From Selaginella moellendorffii (lineage: Eukaryota > Plantae > Lycopodiophyta), in the NCBI RefSeq assembly GCF_000143415.4, contig NW_003314262.1, forward strand, positions 3,725,799-3,789,798: DNA of 64,000 bases, in the 5' to 3' direction. The translations under genes and the position numbers were made by a program. Under the pieces are notes generated by a model. It was not told the DNA's origin. It saw only the letters and a program-made list of their open reading frames with translations, and did no database searches. Positions 13,083-27,201 of this stretch are shown here, one piece after another (the stretch's first letter is position 1; each line of letters starts with the position of its first letter).

Positions 13083-14604
13083 CTAGTCCAAGAGTGGTAT
13101 TCGCTCCATGCTTCGATCGCTTCTGTAGCCATACGGTCGTTTTCGAGGATCCATCTTTCTGAAGGTCAGGGAGACTCTGCGGGAAAGCAAATCGTGACGT
13201 CAAACGAGCTGAAAACTCTTTTCAGCTAACCTCTTGGATGGAACAGCAGGAATGCAATGCTTTGCAACGTCAGCACCGTTATCATTGAGAACCAACACCG
13301 ACCTGCAAAAGTTACCGCCATGAGAGAGGCCTCGAACAAAAAAAAAGGTGGAAAAACGAAAGGAGAGGACTTACCCCACCGGCAACTGTGTAGAGAAAGA
13401 TCCATCAAATTCTCCCGGTGCAGCGACGGACAGGCTCGATCCAAATACAATGCTGCACTGGCTGAGCAGCGACACGGTGCAGAACGGCCGTAGAAAGTCG
13501 TGGTGATCAATATGAGGTGGGATACAGTCGCCTGTTTCATAGATGTTGACGATGCAGCTGTCTGGAACGCAGGTGGGAGGGAGGACATGCCAGCGAACGA
13601 GGCGCTTGATGGTCGACTTGAGCAGTGGCGGCAACGGATCAACTTCCTCGTCTTGCAAGATGCCTGGAGTATTTCCAAACTTATCCTGGACAACAAAAAA
13701 GCTTAGAAACTCTTCACGAGAATTCCAAATCTTACGTGAGAATAGTTGTAGCAGCATCCAAACTGAAGCGTGACTCTCCCTTTCCCTTGCATCCACTTCC
13801 GTGGAGCGGAATAAGTGCGTTCTAAAAGCTCAAAAGCCCACGTCAGTACCATCGTTAGAAAATGGATCAAAAACATGACCTTTGAGCTCGTTCCGCTGGC
13901 CTTTGAGCTCAAGCTCGAAAACCATGTCGAGAAGGCGAGACTGTTCCGCGGCACTGAAGATGTTGGTATGTAGCTCTAGACCTTGGAGTATGTTGACTCT
14001 CATGCCTTTGATCCACTCCATGCAGACAAAATCTTTTTTCCTGACGACTTGCAAGTACCTGATGTGCTCCCTTTCTTGAGGCGTCAGCACTTTCTTCTGG
14101 GCCGCCCTTTGAGAAATCGAGGCACTTCCACTCATCACAGACTGCGTTTCCGAGCATTCTTCTCCTTCTTCATCTTCTTCGTCTTCTTCGTCTTCTTCGC
14201 AGTTTTCTTCCTCTTTCTGGACCTTCGCTGTTCTGTGCATTGTACATGCCCCATCGACGCTGGCATACTTCCTGCCGATGACCTCAGCTAGCTCCAAGCC
14301 TGCGACCAAAAGCCACAAGAAAATTTCAACAAGCTCCCAGTTTTCCAAATCAAAGCTTACCTGTGGCGATCCCCGATAGTCTTGTCGACAAGATCTGGCA
14401 GCAGGACGGACACAAATCCTCGAACACGGCCGGAAGGGCGCCTGCGAGGATCTTCATCGCTTGCGAGAGCGCATTATCCGCAAAGATTTCGCCGCTGCGC
14501 CTCGCCTCGCTCCAATCTTTGCCGATCCTTGCCACAGCGGCATAGCATTCCAACGGAGCTGACAGATCCTCCATTACCTCGTCGGGGCGCCCAGCTTCCC
14601 CCAT
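13083..14604 (-). CDS. AlkB-family 2OG-Fe(II) dioxygenase, ALKBH9/10-like (putative RNA m6A demethylase)
   Basis: VNILQGLELH, GKGRVTLQFGCCYNY, PDSCIVNIYETGDCIPPHIDH (HxD) and KRVSLTFRKM across about 6 exons. First ATG at 14604; the 14637 ORF start is TTG. Stop at 13083-13085. Confidence 0.88.
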
Positions 14605-14624
14605 AGCTGGAAGAACCCTAGATT

Positions 14625-16361
14625 CTATCCCGCCCAAAATAAGGAATATCCAAGGTACGTTGTCCAGGCAACGAAGGTTGGCTCAAACGGCATGTGGACA
14701 AGAAGATCTTCGGCATATTCCAGCTGCCCCGTGCGAGCAAAGAGATCGACGATACAGACGTAGTGATCCACCTCGGGCAGCAAATCACAGCCGTCCGTCA
14801 TGCGCTGGAAGAAATCCACGGCATCGCGTACGAGGCCTCCATGGCTGCAAGCAAAGAGAATGCTGTTAAACGCCACATGGTCCGGAGATATGCCTTCGAG
14901 ATCCATCCATCGCCAGATTCGAACAGCGACCTCCTCGTACCCATTCTCGGCATTTGCTCCAATCAGCGCCGTCCACGCGGAGAGATCGCACGGGTGGATC
15001 TTGCGGAAGATGCGCCAGGCATCTTCCACGCCGCCGTGCTTGCCATAGACGTTGATGAGCTCAGCTCCAATCCCAGCCATCCATTCCATGGCAGGTCTTT
15101 TGCTTGAGAAGGCCGCGTGGACGAGCTTTGCCTCGCGCAAGCTATGGCATGCCGGAAGAACTGAAAGTATCGTCACTCTGTTCACTTGGATTCCTTCCAG
15201 ATCCATTCTCTTGAAGAGCTCAAATGCTTCTTTCGTATAACCAGATCGGGTATATCCTCCGATCATAGCGTTCCACGAGGAGATTCCCAGAGAGATTCCA
15301 TAGGTTCCATCAAAGAAGCTCCTTGCATCGTCCAACCGCCCGCATTTCACATACATGTCAATGAGCGAGGTCGTGATTTCCGGACTGTTACTAGAATCGC
15401 CAGCTTCGATCTCATTGTGGATCACTTTTCCAAGTTTTAGATCCCCCATTTGAGAGATCGCTACAAGAACTGCAAGGTAAGTTACTTGAACCGGTGACTG
15501 GCCCTCGAGATCCATGCAACAAAAAGTTCTCACCGCATCTAGAACATGCCCAGTTTGGGCATATGCTGTAAGAAGAATATTCCAGGAGACAACGCTAGCC
15601 ATAGGCATAATTTGTAGCATCTTCTTTGCTTCATAGAAATTATTTACATGTGCGTACACTGTTAAGATAACGTTCCAGGACACCACAGTGTGATGTGGCA
15701 TATTCTCAAACACCCTTCTTGCAGGACACAGATGCCCATTCCTGGCATATGCTAGAATCATCCCCGTCCATAGCACGACATCTCGCCGGGGGTGATCAAA
15801 GACAAGCTTAGCTCTCTCAAAACACCCAATTCTCCCATACACTTTTACCAGAGTAGTTCTCACCTCTAAGCTCGATTCAAGCTCGGGAATCCTTGCCAGA
15901 ATCTGGTGGATCCGCTCCACCTCGATTCGATCCATACACGCTTCCAGCGCAGCAGTTATTGTGATCCTATCGAGATGAATCCCCTCCTCCACCATCATCC
16001 AAAACAATTCGAGAGCTCTATATTCCTTCTCGCCGCTCTTCGCAAAAGCCCCAATCATGGAATTCCAGGACACAATGTCACGCCATGGCATAACGCTAAA
16101 CACCACAAATGCCCGCTCTAGATGGCCGTTCTGGGCATTTGCTGTAAGAAGGATATTCCAGGACCCCACATTCCTTTTGTACATGGAATCAAACGCATGC
16201 CGCGACCTCTCCACGTCTCGTGCGTCTCCGTACATCTTAATCTTCTTATTGCCCCAGGAGCTTGTAATCACTTGCTTGCTGCATCGATTTTTGGTGGCAT
16301 CCATCGATTCTTCCAATATATGATTGCCACATTGCCTAATTCTCACTCCATTCCATCCCAT
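14625..16361 (-). CDS. PLS-class pentatricopeptide repeat protein ending within the E domain
   Basis: 578-aa single ORF with repeated (D/N)VVSWN motifs and LFACSHGGLV...HYVCIVDLFARTGQL...MPFEP. No E+/DYW domain. Confidence 0.88.
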   Translation of the reverse strand: MGWNGVRIRQCGNHILEESMDATKNRCSKQVITSSWGNKKIKMYGDARDVERSRHAFDSMYKRNVGSWNILLTANAQNGHLERAFVVFSVMPWRDIVSWNSMIGAFAKSGEKEYRALELFWMMVEEGIHLDRITITAALEACMDRIEVERIHQILARIPELESSLEVRTTLVKVYGRIGCFERAKLVFDHPRRDVVLWTGMILAYARNGHLCPARRVFENMPHHTVVSWNVILTVYAHVNNFYEAKKMLQIMPMASVVSWNILLTAYAQTGHVLDAVRTFCCMDLEGQSPVQVTYLAVLVAISQMGDLKLGKVIHNEIEAGDSSNSPEITTSLIDMYVKCGRLDDARSFFDGTYGISLGISSWNAMIGGYTRSGYTKEAFELFKRMDLEGIQVNRVTILSVLPACHSLREAKLVHAAFSSKRPAMEWMAGIGAELINVYGKHGGVEDAWRIFRKIHPCDLSAWTALIGANAENGYEEVAVRIWRWMDLEGISPDHVAFNSILFACSHGGLVRDAVDFFQRMTDGCDLLPEVDHYVCIVDLFARTGQLEYAEDLLVHMPFEPTFVAWTTYLGYSLFWAG

Positions 16362-16527
16362 TGGCTGGGCTATTGCTATTGCTCGCTTCTTACTCTAAAC
16401 GTTACACGAATCTTCACGCAAAGAGAAGTAGAATATGCGATATTCGCTGGAAAGACAAACAGTGAACACTTAGATAACCGGCGAGCTTTTAAAAAAAAAA
16501 GAGGAAGAGCGCGCATGGCCTTCTTGA

Positions 16528-18718
<2,191 letters not shown>

Positions 18719-20546
18719 GCTAGCTTGCAATGATTTTTCCGTTCGATCTATCTTCTGTTTGTAAATAATATCAGTGTAATATCTACTGCTCTGCTGTTTC
18801 CATTCTTTCTTTGTTCTTCCGTCCTTGCAAGATCTGACAACAGTTGCAACAGATATTATTCCTGGTACGAAATTTTAAACTATTGTTTCTTTCCTATCTT
18901 ACATTATCATTTGTCTCTTGCACAGGTTATAATCTCTATAGATCGACAATGGCGAGCGAGGAGTGTTCACATATGCAAATTTAAAAGGTTCCCGCTCACC
19001 ATTTTGAGTTGATGACTGACTGTGTGATATTTGCAGTATCTGTGCCATTACTAGGCCTGTCTGGACCATGCTCGTTGCTAAAGCGAAAGGGATGCACATG
19101 GGAACCTGAAGGTTTTTCTTGTTTGATATGGTTAACTCTTAGCTCACCACCAGAGAATATGAAGACAACCCGGTGAGTCGTGTCTCGGCGACGAGCTGTT
19201 CTAGTTTTGTGTAGCTAGATTTCCAACTGGATCATTGATCTGTTATGTGTGCTTTTGCGCAGTGCTAAGGCGACGAGAGGCTGGGAAAAGTGTGTATAGT
19301 AACTGTCGTGTAAGTTTGCAAGTCATTGCTTTAGCTGTGTGCTGTAGTTTCTGGTTTTCAGTTTGATACTGACCATGGTGCAGCCCTTTGAAAGGCAATT
19401 CACGTGAGCGTGTCAGGGAAAGTGAGTTTGGTCGCCATTTAAGAGAGCTGATGGGTGGTCCTTCCTGCATTACTCGTCGTAAACAGGTACTGTTTTGACG
19501 CTGTTTGGATTTCTAGTGATTCCTGTTTTGCTTTCCTATCTAAGCAAATCTGGCTGTCTCATTCAGCCTGTGGATCCACTCGTTAATGCATGTTGGTTGC
19601 CAGGATCTTTGTTAGCGATGAAGTGCAAAGTTGCAAGTAGCGCGTCCCTTCTTTCCGAGTTGGTAGAGCTTTGGCATCGCGGCATTTAGTTCGATTGCGT
19701 AGATCTTTAACCTTTTTCATCGCGCATATCAGGGAGAGGCGAAGCACGACAATTAACAAACGTTTGCAGAAAGTCGCAGGGACATTTACGAGTGGTGGGG
19801 GGATCGTGTGTCACTCAACTTCACTCCTTCAAACGAGATAAGTTGGTTCTAAAATTTTTTATCATGTTGTTGACTTGAACTGGGAGTTCACTCTACAGAT
19901 CACTCGGGGCAAGTAACGAGGTTAAAAATAATGCTCGAAATGGAGAGCGAGCCCGACAAGAAGTAGAAGACGATGCTTCCGGCGATTTAGAAAAAAAGAG
20001 GCCAAGGGCCGAGCGCTGGGATTCCTGCAAATATCACGGTTAAGGCTAAGCTCTGATGCGCATGGCAATCTAACGGCCTGGGTCGTGCCACGCACGTCCG
20101 CCGTCGACGCGCGTGTGGTGACGGGCAGCGACGGGCTGAGTCCAAGCAAGAAAGACAAAGCCCAATGAAGGCAATGCGGTGGAACTCCAGCAGTAGCAGA
20201 GCGGGCGCTCTCTCACAGGGGGATGGCTATGGCCGAGCAGGGAAAAGGGTGTGTGGAGCTGGACTCCGCTCGCTGGAAGATGATTAGATAGAGCGGAATG
20301 GAGGGGGAAATCTCGGAATCTCGGCATTCATCCTCTGCTTCTTGCTGGAATGAAGCGGCGGCTTGGAAGTTCTAGAGCTGAAGTCTCTCAAGCTGAGCAA
20401 GGCCTTGTTCTTGGGAGGCAGAGTAGCGTAGAGCAGGCGAAGCAGTGGGTCATGGGAAAACAAGCTACATTGTTTGGGAAGACAGTGAAGGCCAGGAATT
20501 TGGGTCTGAGGGAGCACAGATTCTAGAGCACGAGAACATAGGCAAG

Positions 20547-23285
20547 ATGCGACACCACGGGTGGGAGCTTCCTTACCATCCTCTGCAGGTAAAAATTGCG
20601 TTTTTTTATGGTTTTTTGCTGATGTCTAGCCTCTAGGTGGTAGCTATTGCAGTGTTCGTGTCTCTAGCATTCGCGTTCTACGTTTTCTTCATCCCTTTTC
20701 TTGGTAGCAAGGTCCTCGAGTACCATGTCATCGCTATCTTCTCTCCATTGGTAAAAATGGCTCCTTTTCTTTGGGTTTTCGAGAAAACACAACTCCTTGT
20801 GCAGGTCATTCTGGTTTTTGCCTTGTACATTCGCTGTGCAGCCGCCAATCCAGCTGATCCCGGTATCGAGAAGCATAAGCTGTATGGAAAAGGTGGTTCC
20901 AACAAGTCGAGCAGTACCTCACTGTCTTTTTCCAAGGAGCACAACAAGAAGAGCCTTGATGTCTCGGCCTCCAGCAATGCAGGGGATAATGCACTCGGCT
21001 TCTGTGCTCCGTTTGGATGTCTTGCCGTGGGCTTGAAGAGGCTGATATGCTGTTCGTGGAGGAGGAACGCAGAGCGATCCAGACATCAGGAGGACTTGCT
21101 TTATTGTAGCTTATGCGAAGCAGAGGTACACTAAGTCTTTCAGGCCAGTGAAAGTTCTAGCCTAAAATCCAGTGTGGCGATCCTGATTTTGTGTCCTGCA
21201 GATTTTCAAGTTTAGCAAACACTGCCGTGCCTGTGACAAGTGCGTCGATGGATTCGATCACCATTGCAGAGTAAGCTCTTGTTTTGTTTATGTTACGTGT
21301 TCTAGAATGTGTCTGGTATGCAGTGGATAAACAATTGCATTGGAAAGAAGAACTACAGAACCTTTGTGTCCTTGATGGTGTCCGGTTTGCTGCTGGTGAG
21401 TAGTTGTTTTTTCTGATGGATTGTCTCAAAGCTTACAACCGTGTGTATCTCGGACAGCTAATTTTGCAGTGGTCAGTAGGAGTTTTCGTGATCGTCAGGT
21501 GCATGCTCAATCGTAAGGAGTTTCAAGACAATATTGTTTCGAAGCTGGGAAGCAGTTTCTCTATCGTGCCGTTTGTCGTTGTAGTGGTAGGCCAACAAGG
21601 CCAGCCATGTTTTTCTCGACTTGACTAACGAAAAGTGAAACCAGGGTCTCTGTACAGTTCTGGCGTTATTGGCAACATTTCCTCTCGGGCAACTTTTCTT
21701 CTTTCATCTCATACTGATTCACAAGGTATGTTCTTCCTAGAATCCTTCCGAACAGCTACAAAGTTGACATGACTACGTGGTACAGGGAATCAGTACATAT
21801 GATTATATTGTAGCAATGAGGGAGCGGGATCAACTACAAGGTGACATGCACAGCTTGCAGTCTTCGCCTGTAAGCTCGGTTGCAACCGCCGTTAGCAACG
21901 TAAGTTCTCTCGGAGCTTTGCAAAGGAGGCCATGGTGTACTCCACCAAGATTGCTGGTGGAGCATCAGGTAAGCTCGCTTCTTTGCATCTCTATGTGAGC
22001 GCCAAGCTGACGTTTGTGAACTTAGGACACGCTTGTGAAAGATCCTCTAGGCGGCGACATCGAGAGCGGCGGCAAGGAGATTGTCCCGCTGCCTCTGAAG
22101 AAAGACGAGGCCGGAAAGAAGGCGAAGAAGCCAGTCAAGATCAGCCCCTGGAAGCTAGCCCGTTTAAACGCAGAAGACGCCTCGAAAGCAGCAGAGCGAG
22201 CTCGAGAGAAGTCCTCGGTGTTGAAGCCCGTGGGGAACGACGCCTCGATCATAACCGAGACGGACAGCAGCCCGGAAAGTTTCGGCAGGAGTCCAGGTGC
22301 CGAGATAGTCCCACTGCCATCGAGCCGAAAGACCAAGAGAAAGCGTGACATATCCCCGGCGATCGCCAAGGACACCAGCGGCAGCAGCAGATCATCGAAG
22401 CAGCACTGGGAAAAGCAGAAACTCCCATCGTCCGTGGCGGAAGGTGGCGGAGTTCCAAAGCATCACAGCACCAAGAAGAGCCTGGGGAGCGATGACTCGG
22501 TGGCACCACTGCAGCTGGAGGCCAGGAGCGCGTTCTTGCCAAGCACTCCAGGGAGCTCCGCGATCGTGCCTTCCACGTCGCTCCTCTCACCGGACGAGAG
22601 CGAGAGCTACCTGGTCGCGGGAGAAGTAGCACCAGCAGCAATACCACCAGACCTCGTGGCAGCATCAACTGGCGTCCATGGGACGTCCTCGCCACCAGCG
22701 ACGAGCTTCTCTCGGCCGTGGCTCCAGAGGTCCGTGAGCGATGGCTACGACGCATCCGGTGGAGAGAGCGCCGACGATAGCGAGCACGGCCGGAGGCTGG
22801 CTCACGCATGGAGCCGCCTCAAGCAGAGCTCCACCTTCATGAACAGGAGCGCGGTGAGGAGCGTGACCGCAAAGCCGCCCCCGTGGGTGGCGGCGAATCC
22901 AGGTGGTGGTGGTGGTGGTGGCAAGGCCCGGTTTAACAGCGCCGCCGCCGCCAACTCGAAGATCGAGGCCAGCATTCTCAAGCACGTGAGTATGGGATGG
23001 TCGGCGCCGCCGCCGCCTCGCAGCAATGGTGGTGGTGCCATCGGCGGGAACTCCACCGAGGAGAGCAACTCGGAGTCCATCTCGCAGTACAACTCCCCCG
23101 ACCGCGACTCGGATTTCTTCAGTGCCGGGGACTCAAGCAGCCGGCATCTCGCGGCGGCGGATGGCCTCCGGCATCACCATCACCACCAGCATCACCACCA
23201 GCACCAGCATCATCACCATGCCCACCACCATCGCAACCGATCTGGAGGCTCGCTCAAAGGCATCGAGGATCATCACCTCCAGTGA
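20547..23285 (+). CDS. DHHC protein S-acyltransferase (PAT19-22-like)
   Basis: [14 protein letters not shown] start, [26 protein letters not shown] zinc domain, [24 protein letters not shown] and [12 protein letters not shown]. Confidence 0.93.
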
Positions 23286-23753
23286 GAGCTCTCGCTCAAC
23301 TTTTACAGTGAAAGATCCAAGCGTCTCCACACTTCCAAGATCATCACCACCATCGTCAAGTTTGGTGAGAGGAGAGAATGGAGAGAGAGGTGTTCTTCTT
23401 CTCTCTCCTCCCTCTCCTCTTCTCTCGGCTACGCGGCTATATCCAATTACTTCTCCATATCGGCTTCTTCGTTACTTGTTTGTTCTTTTTCATTCTAATC
23501 GTTTTGACAATGAAAGGTTGTTATTTCCCTGCGAAAATTTGATTGAAAGGAAGCCATACCTCATCAACTAAACAGGGAAGCTCTCGTAGTAAAGAAATAA
23601 CAAGCACTTTCTCGGGCCTACCTACGAGAACTGCGAATTAGTGGGCGTTTGAATGAATGAAAGCAAACAATCCCACCAGATGAGCTCTCTCCTCGTTCCT
23701 CGTCAAATCAATCGATCCATACTTCGTTGTTATTTACAGTAGCCTGCACCATC

Positions 23754-26494
23754 TCACATCTGAAGGAGCGCGTTGCTTATCTTGCGTAGCTCTGCCAATG
23801 CCACCATTGCCGAAACGTGGCCCTTGCCACCGATGATGGCCTTGGAGATTTGCTCGCCTTCTCTCACTTTCTGGGACAGCACGCCTTCCAAAACCTGTAG
23901 GAAACAAAGCAACTTAAAACATCGCGAAGAAATGTGAGAGTTTTACCTGGATGTGTTCCATCATCGACTGGCCGAGCGACTGCAACGCCACGGGGCCCTT
24001 TGGTCTCCTCGGAGAGTCCCCTACTTCGTCTCTCTTCATCGAAATCTTCCTGAGAGCAGTAAACGGCGACGAGCTCGTGCTGCTGCCGGGTTCCTCCTCG
24101 GACGAGGAGCCGCTCTTCCTTGGTGGAGTCCTTGGAATGCGCAGCCTTGCGCTGGAGCTTACACCGAGAGGGTCATCAACAATGACAACCTCGTCACCAT
24201 TGGTGTTGCTTACGCCGCCTTCTTTCTCGCTCGATCGGCCAGCTATTTTATCAACGTCGTCCTGTGGCGGCACTGCTTCTGCCAATGGAGCATTTGATGT
24301 GGAAGCAACAGCATCCTTCACAGGAACAACATCCGGTGTCTCACCATCCGATGATCCGGCATTCGAAGCAGGAGCGACTAGACCAACGTTCCTCTGCATG
24401 GCTTCTTCGCCATCCGAAGACTCAGACTTCACAGTCTCCTCGACAGGCCCCTTGGCGTCACTGTGTTCGTTGTCCAGATGTTTACTATGAGCTTGGACCC
24501 TGGAGCCGTTTGAGCTGGGCTTTGGCGGAGTTACCGTCTCGGTTCTTTCTCTAGTATTTTCACTTGGACCATTGGAAGTTGATCCCTTTGGCTGTTCTGT
24601 TGTTCGAGAAGCTGGTCTCAAGTCCTCAATACTAGTCCTTTGAAGGACCGAAGTCTTCCACTTTTCTTCCCAATAACCTTCTGCCAGAAACATCTTCAGC
24701 AGCTCTGGCGAACAGCCTGTTGATCCCTGCCGCAAAATGCCAGACTTGGTACTCTTTTGTGGAGACTTTGTAGTCCTGCCGACCTTTGCAACCGCAGGAA
24801 GGGGAGTCCCAGCTGTTTCCAGTGCTAAGTGCTGCAGACTCTTGGCATTCTCCAAAAATTTCCTGACGTCTTGAATGTGAGGTGAGTTTAAAAGCCTTTC
24901 CAAACATCCGGTGGCGTCGGGAGCAGCGAGTAGAGCAGCACGCGAGTGAAGCAAAAGTGACACCGCAATTGCAGAGATGATTGCACTTCTCGACGAAAGG
25001 CTGCCGTCCGCTGCGGAGTCACCAGGCGGGAGAATAGCCTCATTGGATGCAGCAAAAATGGCATCCCAGACCAGAAGCAAATCCTCCAGGCCAAACTCGC
25101 GTCCAAAAAGTAGCCGAAGCCATCGAAGAGCAAAGTACTGAGGTTGCACGCCAAGTGCCACAAGCTGCGTGTAGAGAGCGATGTCGGCAGCGGCTAAGGT
25201 GCGGTAAAGAGCCGATGATGCATCTGGAACACCTGACGTAACAAAGTAGTCGATCATACGAACCGCGCCGCCCCGACCACCCAGCAACGCATCGAACATG
25301 CAGTAAGCGTCATGTTCCATAAACCTCGCCGCGAACAAGGCCCCGAGCTCTCCCTCTGCTCCATAAGTATCACTACCCTTGACGATGACCTTGAGATCGA
25401 CGTTCAACTCATCATGCTCGAAGATCCCCTGACTGTCCTGATAACCATTCACCCCCTGTGAGTCTTCAGCCTCAGAAAGATCGAAAGGTGATTTCATTCT
25501 TGACGACTTGTATTCTCCGTCTTCATCAAACCTGTCGTCGAACAGGTCCTCGTACCGCTTCTTGATTTGTGATAGCTGCATGACATCGACGTGAAGTACG
25601 TAAAGAAGTGGAGCCAGCAGTTCGTGCATTCCTAGAAAAACACAATAAGAAAACAATGGAGAGGAAAGGAAATGCATTACCTTGCCGGTAGCTCAACTGC
25701 GGATGGATCAAAGCCCATACTAAAAGAATTCTCCGGAACATAGCCTGGCAGCCAGAGCCTTGAAAAAAGCTACCATGCTCCGGGTATAACCGAGAAAGAT
25801 CCTTGTCGATCACACGCTCGATCTCAGCGTTTCTGAAATACTTGCCCCACACACTGTCTGCCAAGACAAAGACACTGGCTCAGTAAGAACAAAAGAAAAT
25901 AACCACACATAAGACAAGAACGTATGACACACACAGATAAAGCTAGCTAGTTGGGAGGGACCGCCTTCTTCTCTAGAGCTAAATTCCTCAGCAAGAACAA
26001 CAAGAAAAAAAAAAATCTTACAGTTCCACAAATCTTGCCAATCCATTGACTCATGCACTTCTCCAGCTCTCACCAGGATCTAAAGAAAGTGGATTATCCA
26101 TGCTGACGTCGGGTGGCTTCTGGCCCTCCTCCATGAGATGCGGATCGACCAACAATCGCCTTCGTAGATCTGCGTACCTGCGAAAGCAAGGTCGAGAGGG
26201 ATGAAAAACCACACTGACAAAAGCCCCCTACCTATATTTTAAGCTAGACAATGAAAAAGAGCGCAGTACAAGGAAAGAACTCATCACTCACCTCCGGCGT
26301 CCATCGGCGGCAGCCCTACGCAAGGAATCCACGGAATCGCAGCGGCAGGGAAGAACACCGAGTTGCATTCTCCACAGCAATCCTCGCAGCCTCCACTTGC
26401 TCCTCTCATCCTGCCTCTCGCTCCGGGGGCTGGTGCTCTCCTCTTGATTCTCCACCGCGGCGGCAGCCTCGTTGTAAGGGAGGCGCTGCGGCAT
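23754..26494 (-). CDS. TBC-domain Rab GTPase-activating protein (TBC1D5-like)
   Basis: LRGLLWRMQLGVLP, DKDLSRLYPEHG, YRQGMHELLAP, EHDAYCMFDAL, YFALRWLRLLFGREF and C-terminal ELRKISNALLQM. Likely ATG at 26494. Confidence 0.9.
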
Positions 26495-26808
26495 CGCTCG
26501 CTCGCCACACTCAAATCCGTGGCGTACCTGGACCGAAATCTCGTCACACAATCTAGAATCCACAAACGCGATCGCGGCGCACCTTCCATCCAGAGGGAGC
26601 GCACAAGCCAAGAGCGTGCGTGCCGCCACACAATTCTCCTGGCGCTTCCCCGGCAGCTTCTGCCGCCCCTAGGGTTCCTCTGTCCCACAAAGTTAATTCT
26701 TGAAGGGCCGTGTCCTTAGCGGAGCGTTTACATTGCCGTACACGTCAATGTCCTAGTCATACCAGTCAGCAGCCACGTAATTAAGCTTACCTAGTAGGAT
26801 AATGGCTT

Positions 26809-26809
<1 letters not shown>

Positions 26810-26844
<35 letters not shown>
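26810..26844. repeat. (ATT)n microsatellite
   Basis: About 11 perfect ATT units. Confidence 0.9.
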
Positions 26845-26845
<1 letters not shown>

Positions 26846-27201
26846 ATAAAAGAGGTTTTTAATTTTATCAAAATGAATTAATAAAATTTACTGTGTTGTA
26901 ATAACTATTGCTAAAAGAAAAGTTGATATGAAGTCAAATAAATCAAAATCTAATCTTCACATTCTTAAGCTCACAATGCCGGGGCAATCAATTTCTGTGG
27001 CCCATAGTCAACGCTGTCAAACGGTGAGGACATGCCGTTCAACGCTCCCATCCACGGTCGTGTCCGATTCAGGGTTGAGGTGGAGCATCGTCGAGCTTGG
27101 TGATCTGCAACTTAATCCAGACTCGTTTTTGTCAAGAAGATCGAAGATTTCCCCTTGTTCTCCAGGTAAGCCAGATTTTTTCTCTTTCTATTCGTTCTCA
27201 T

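Noticed and set aside
11619-13086. Long plus-strand ORFs (172 aa and 224 aa) and similar shadow ORFs over other GC-rich genes
   Set aside because: Antisense shadows of real minus-strand coding sequence, with no independent motifs.
13030-13230. ALKBH-SCCPDH fusion protein formed by skipping the last ALKBH exon
   Set aside because: Splicing the phase-2 donor near 13230 to the CAG at 13049 meets an in-frame TAG before the ATG, and using the TAG at 13042 is out of frame.
18750-20540. Possible gene between phytepsin and the DHHC gene
   Set aside because: Only short ORFs without recognisable motifs; probably UTR, promoter and leader sequence.
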